DNA from: Chromatiales bacterium
GTDB taxonomy: Bacteria > Pseudomonadota > Gammaproteobacteria > Chromatiales > Chromatiaceae
DNA length: 34,177 nucleotides
Direction: 5' to 3'
Assembly: GCA_050119415.1 (NCBI GenBank)
Contig: JASFJY010000001.1
Span: forward strand, 1 to 34,177
The notes below the pieces were generated by a model. That model worked only from the letters and a program-made list of their open reading frames with translations. It ran no database searches and was not told the origin of the DNA. The position numbers and the translations under genes are program-made. Numbering within the stretch: position 1 is the first letter of the stretch; every line of letters starts with the position of its first letter. Shown piece after piece: positions 30,132-34,177 of the stretch.

Positions 30132-32285
30132 ATGATAAGGAACATACAGTTGCGTCTGACCTCCCTGTGGCTCGGTCTGATGATCGGTCTCCTGGGCGCC
30201 CTGCTCGGTCTACTCCCCCTCACCGCGGATTGGGAGGAAGGAGTCGGCCTGGGGCTCCTGTTTAAGCTGCGCGGTCAATTGCCGGCACCGAAAGATGTGG
30301 TGATCGTCTCCATCAATGGCGAGACCGCGGCCCAGCTCGGACTCGGCGAGGAGATCCCCCAATGGCCCCGCACCCTGCACGCCGAGTTGATCGACCTTCT
30401 GCGCCAGGCAGGGGTTGCCGTCATTGCGATCGATATATTTTTCAAAAAACCCCGTAACCCGAAAAAGGATGCGCTCCTGGCGGCGTCCATCGCACGCGCC
30501 GGCAATGTCCTGTTGGTGGGCTATTTGAATCAAGAACGTATCATATCGGGCAGGCAGATCCTACATGTCGAGCGCCTTATACCCCCCATTAAATCCCTCT
30601 CCGATGCGGCCGCCGGCGTCGCCCCCTTCGTACTGCCCAAGATACCGGTGAGGGTCAGCCGCTTTTGGAGCTTCAACAATGAAAACACCCTCCCTTCACT
30701 GCCGGTGATGGCGCTGTACCAGTTGGCCGATCCGGATGGCAGTCGAATGGAAACATTGCTGCGGGTAATATCCGGGAACGGCCCTCATGCCAATAAACAG
30801 AAAGACCGTATTTCCCTGATACAAGCATTGCGCGGCAATCGGGCATTGCGCGAAAAACTGTCAGCGGCCCTGCCATACATCGATCACACACCCGCTGAAA
30901 GAAAGCGACTGCAGGCACTGTTGGCGTTGTGCGGCGGCGAGGCCTATCCCTATCTCAATTTCTACGGTCCGCCCTCGACCCTGACAAACATTCCCTACCA
31001 GAGACTGCTCAAGGGCGATAGCGATCTGCTGAACAGTCTCAGGGGCAAAGCGGTCTTCATCGGCTATGCCGGAGATTACCAGCCCAGACAGCGGGACGGT
31101 TTTTATACCATCTTCACGCAGAAGAGCGGGCTCGACCTCAGTGGCGTGGAGATTGCGGCTACTGCTTTCGCCAATCTGCTGCACAACGAAACGATTACCC
31201 CGCTTGGCCCATCAGGCCTCGCAATCCTGCTCCTGGCCTACGGCCTGGCGGTTACCCTACTGCTGCGTTTCCTGCCCGGCAGCGGCGGTGTCGCCGCCAC
31301 CCTGTTGTTGGCCGTGGCCTACCTGGGCCTGACCTATGGGCTGTTCACATATCATCAGATCTGGCTGCCCTGGTTCATCCCCCTGGGGTTGCAGACTCCA
31401 TTGGCCATGATTCTGGTGCTGACCTGGCACTATCGCCAGATGCGCCACAGCCGGGAACAGCTGCGGGAGCTCTTCGGCTACTACCTGCCCGGTGAGGTAA
31501 TCGACCGGCTAGCCGAAGACAAAGAGCAAGCCATGGAGCACAGTGACAAGGCCTTCGGCGTCTGTCTGGCTACCGATGCGCGACGTTACACCAGCCTGGC
31601 GGAGCGCATGGACCCCGAAGCCCTACAGGCCTTTCTCAATCGCTACTACGAGATCCTCTTCGCCCCGGTGCGCTCCCGGGGGGGGGTGGTCTCCGATGTG
31701 ATCGGCGACGCCATGCTGGCGATCTGGCCCGCCGCCCGCCCCGATCCCGCGCTCAGGCAGAAAGCCTGCGAAGCGGCGCTCGAGATTACCCGCGCCCTGC
31801 AATCATCAGATCTCGATCCCCCCCTGCCCACGGGTATCGGACTGCACGCCGGGGAGCTGGTGATGAGCCATGTCGGTGCCATCGACCACTTCGAATACCG
31901 GGCGGTGGGCGATATGGTCAACACCGCCAGTCGCATCGAGGCGCTGAACAAGATGCTGTGCACCCGCATCCTCGCTTCGGAGGATATGCTGCGCGGTGTG
32001 CGGGGCATACTCACCCGCGAACTCGGCGCCTTTCGGATAACCGGCCGGACTCAGACCATCAACCTGCACGAAATCGCCGCGCTCGAGGGCGAAGCCACAC
32101 CCGAGTTGCGGGAGCTGCACCGGGCGTTTGCCGAGGCGCTTGCCGAATGGGAAGAGGGAAACCGAGAACAGGCACTCAGCCACTTCGAAGCACTGCGTCA
32201 GCGCTATCCCGACGACGGACCCACCGCCTACTACATCCAGCAGTATCACGAACGCCGCGGCAACCGCATCAACCCGCTCAGTTAG
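30132..32285 (+). CDS. CHASE2-domain class III nucleotide (adenylate/guanylate-type) cyclase
   Basis: N-terminal TM, CHASE2 motifs (VVIVSI, WPRTLHAELI, IAIDIFF, SGVEIAATAFANLL), three TMs, cyclase domain (ATDARRYT, IGDAML, GIGLHAG, GDMVNTASR) and a C-terminal TPR-like helix pair. Confidence 0.93.
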   Translation: MIRNIQLRLTSLWLGLMIGLLGALLGLLPLTADWEEGVGLGLLFKLRGQLPAPKDVVIVSINGETAAQLGLGEEIPQWPRTLHAELIDLLRQAGVAVIAIDIFFKKPRNPKKDALLAASIARAGNVLLVGYLNQERIISGRQILHVERLIPPIKSLSDAAAGVAPFVLPKIPVRVSRFWSFNNENTLPSLPVMALYQLADPDGSRMETLLRVISGNGPHANKQKDRISLIQALRGNRALREKLSAALPYIDHTPAERKRLQALLALCGGEAYPYLNFYGPPSTLTNIPYQRLLKGDSDLLNSLRGKAVFIGYAGDYQPRQRDGFYTIFTQKSGLDLSGVEIAATAFANLLHNETITPLGPSGLAILLLAYGLAVTLLLRFLPGSGGVAATLLLAVAYLGLTYGLFTYHQIWLPWFIPLGLQTPLAMILVLTWHYRQMRHSREQLRELFGYYLPGEVIDRLAEDKEQAMEHSDKAFGVCLATDARRYTSLAERMDPEALQAFLNRYYEILFAPVRSRGGVVSDVIGDAMLAIWPAARPDPALRQKACEAALEITRALQSSDLDPPLPTGIGLHAGELVMSHVGAIDHFEYRAVGDMVNTASRIEALNKMLCTRILASEDMLRGVRGILTRELGAFRITGRTQTINLHEIAALEGEATPELRELHRAFAEALAEWEEGNREQALSHFEALRQRYPDDGPTAYYIQQYHERRGNRINPLS

Positions 32286-32462
32286 ATTCAGCAGCGCAGC
32301 CGCTGCAAAAAGAACCCACACACCAACCAAAAGACTTGTCTTCTCAAAGACTTTTGTGATACTCCTAAGTAAAAGGGTAGGAAATAACGCCGGGAGGCGT
32401 TATTAAACAGGGAGAGGGGTCGGCCAGCGCCTTTACCCCCCATTGATTAGGATGACCATCAA

Positions 32463-34177
32463 ATGACGTTTGCATTACAGTTCGGCAAGTTCGCCGCTAG
32501 ATTTGCCATTGTTTGGTTTTGTTACGGATTAACGCAGACACTCTCAGCAAGTGAGTGTGAAAAACATGCCGCCAAGGCACTCTCGATCCAGGGCCAGGTG
32601 GAGATGCGCTCGGACGGCGAATCGGCCTGGATCCCCGTGCATCAGAACATGGACCTCTGCCCGGGCGACAGGCTAAGGGTTGGCGAAAAAAGCCGGGCCG
32701 GGCTAATGCTCAGCAATGACACCCTGTTGCGCCTGGCCGAGCATAGCAACATCCGCATCAGCGCACCGGCGCAGGAGGGCAGCGCCTGGCTCGAACTGAT
32801 GAGAGGTATTGCTCACTTCATCAGCCGTGTCAGACACACCTTCCAGGTCGACACCCCCTATGTCAACGCCTCCGTTGAAGGTACCGAATTCACTGTCCAG
32901 ACCAGCGAGGACGGCAGCGACGTGACCGTTCTGGAGGGACGCGTGCTTGCCGCCAACCCCCAGGGGGAGATCCTAGTCAACGGTGGCGAACGCGCCCGGG
33001 TCCTGCCCGGCAAGGCGCCCGAGGCCGAAGCCGTGGTCGATCCGCTGGATGCGGTGCAGTGGGCGCTCTACTATCCGCCGGTGATCGAGGCGCTGCCCGA
33101 GCGCCCCTCGGCGGAACTCCGCCGATCTTACGAGGCCTATGTCCGCGGCGATATCGAGGGCGCTTTTGCCGCACTGGCCCAGAGCGGTGACGTGGAGCAG
33201 GAGGCGGCACTACTGGTCTACCGTGCCTCACTCCATCTTCAAGTCGGCGCCACAGAGGCGGCGAGGCGCGATCTCGCCGCGGCCCTGCGTCTGCAGCCGG
33301 AACATCCCAATGGCCTCGCCTTGATGTCCATCATCTCCACTGTGCGCAACGAGCGCCAGCAAGCCATCGAGCTGGCGCAGAGGGCGGTTGCCGCAGATCC
33401 CCAGGCCGGTTCCCCCCTACTCGCGCTCTCCTATGCCAGACAGGCCCTATTTCAGCTGCCCGAGGCCCTGGAAGCGGCTAAAAAAGCTACTCAGGTCGCA
33501 CCGGAAAGCCACCTGGCCTGGTCCCGGTTAGCCCAGCTGCAACTGATGTTCCGCAGGCTGGACCAGGCATTGGAAGCGGCCGGACGGGCGGTGGAGATCG
33601 CACCCGACCAGCCTCAGGCCCTCACCACCCAGGGTTTCGCCCAACTCATTCGGTTCGACCTGGACGGCGCCAGACAGCGCTTCGAACAGGCCGCCGCCCT
33701 CGACCAGGCCGATCCCCTACCGCGACTCGGCCTCGGCCTGGTGGAGATACGCCAAGGCGACCTGCAAACCGGACGCCGGCAGCTTGAGACGGCCGCCAGC
33801 ATGGATCCGGGCTATGCCCTGATCCGCAGCTACCTGGGCAAGGCCTACTACGAGGAGAAGCGCAACGAGCATGCCGCCACCCAGTTCGCACTGGCCAAGC
33901 AGTTCGATGAACGCGATCCGACAGCCTGGTTCTACGACGCCATCCTCAAACAATCTGAAAATCGCCCGATAGAGGCGTTGCGCGAGCTGCAAACCTCTAT
34001 CGATCTGAACGACAACCGGGCGGTCTACCGCTCGCGTCTTCTGCTCGATCAGGATGAGGCCGCGCGTAACGCCAGCCAGGCGCGAATCTACCAGGACCTG
34101 GGTTTCGAACAACTGGCCAGGGCCGAGGCCTACAAATCCCTGCAAACCGACGCAGCCTCCCACTCCGCCCACCGCCT
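32463..34177 (+). CDS. secreted FecR-domain plus multi-TPR protein, 3' truncated by the window edge (probable outer-membrane receptor)
   Basis: Hand-translated open frame of 571 codons, absent from the ORF track. Signal-peptide-like MTFALQFGKFAARFAIVWFCYGLTQTLSA, FecR-like LCPGDRLRVGEKSRAGL...FQVDTPYVNASVEGTEF...VTVLEGRV, linker DAVQWALYYPP, several TPR units, then AVYRSRLLLDQDEAAR. Confidence 0.9.
   Translation, partial: MTFALQFGKFAARFAIVWFCYGLTQTLSASECEKHAAKALSIQGQVEMRSDGESAWIPVHQNMDLCPGDRLRVGEKSRAGLMLSNDTLLRLAEHSNIRISAPAQEGSAWLELMRGIAHFISRVRHTFQVDTPYVNASVEGTEFTVQTSEDGSDVTVLEGRVLAANPQGEILVNGGERARVLPGKAPEAEAVVDPLDAVQWALYYPPVIEALPERPSAELRRSYEAYVRGDIEGAFAALAQSGDVEQEAALLVYRASLHLQVGATEAARRDLAAALRLQPEHPNGLALMSIISTVRNERQQAIELAQRAVAADPQAGSPLLALSYARQALFQLPEALEAAKKATQVAPESHLAWSRLAQLQLMFRRLDQALEAAGRAVEIAPDQPQALTTQGFAQLIRFDLDGARQRFEQAAALDQADPLPRLGLGLVEIRQGDLQTGRRQLETAASMDPGYALIRSYLGKAYYEEKRNEHAATQFALAKQFDERDPTAWFYDAILKQSENRPIEALRELQTSIDLNDNRAVYRSRLLLDQDEAARNASQARIYQDLGFEQLARAEAYKSLQTDAASHSAHR

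Noticed and set aside
32977-34172. Short ORFs listed at the right end (32977-33231, 33139-33324, 33614-33802, 33646-33891, 33717-34172)
   Set aside because: All lie within or opposite the long FecR/TPR reading frame that starts at 32463.

Overview
GC-rich gammaproteobacterial chromosome segment. The gene order and the 14-subunit nuo operon with separate NuoC and NuoD suggest a Chromatiales/Sedimenticola-like lineage; this is inference only. About 27.4 kb is core housekeeping, mostly on the minus strand: carA-carB-greA, rlmE-ftsH-folP-glmM-tpiA-secG-tRNA-Leu(GAG), nuoA-N and initiator tRNA-Met, with yhbY on the plus strand. A divergent trxC/cnoX pair follows. The right end (about 29.1-34.2 kb) is an accessory signalling module: a Crp-family regulator, a divergent CHASE2 class III nucleotide cyclase, and a signal-peptide/FecR/TPR protein that runs off the window and is missing from the ORF track. 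The cyclase has non-adenylate specificity residues (Asp/Arg). The Crp carries Leu at the E. coli T127 position. Downstream of crp lies a structured, terminator-ended, anti-SD-bearing candidate sRNA behind a Crp-like palindrome at about -41. Together these suggest a self-contained, possibly cGMP-based, trans-envelope signalling system. Other notable items: a probable carAB leader attenuator with an Arg-rich uORF, a 263-bp MITE between carB and greA, remnants of several short repeat families in intergenic spacers, and a SecG with a tandem-repeat tail. All alignments and RNA structures were judged by eye.
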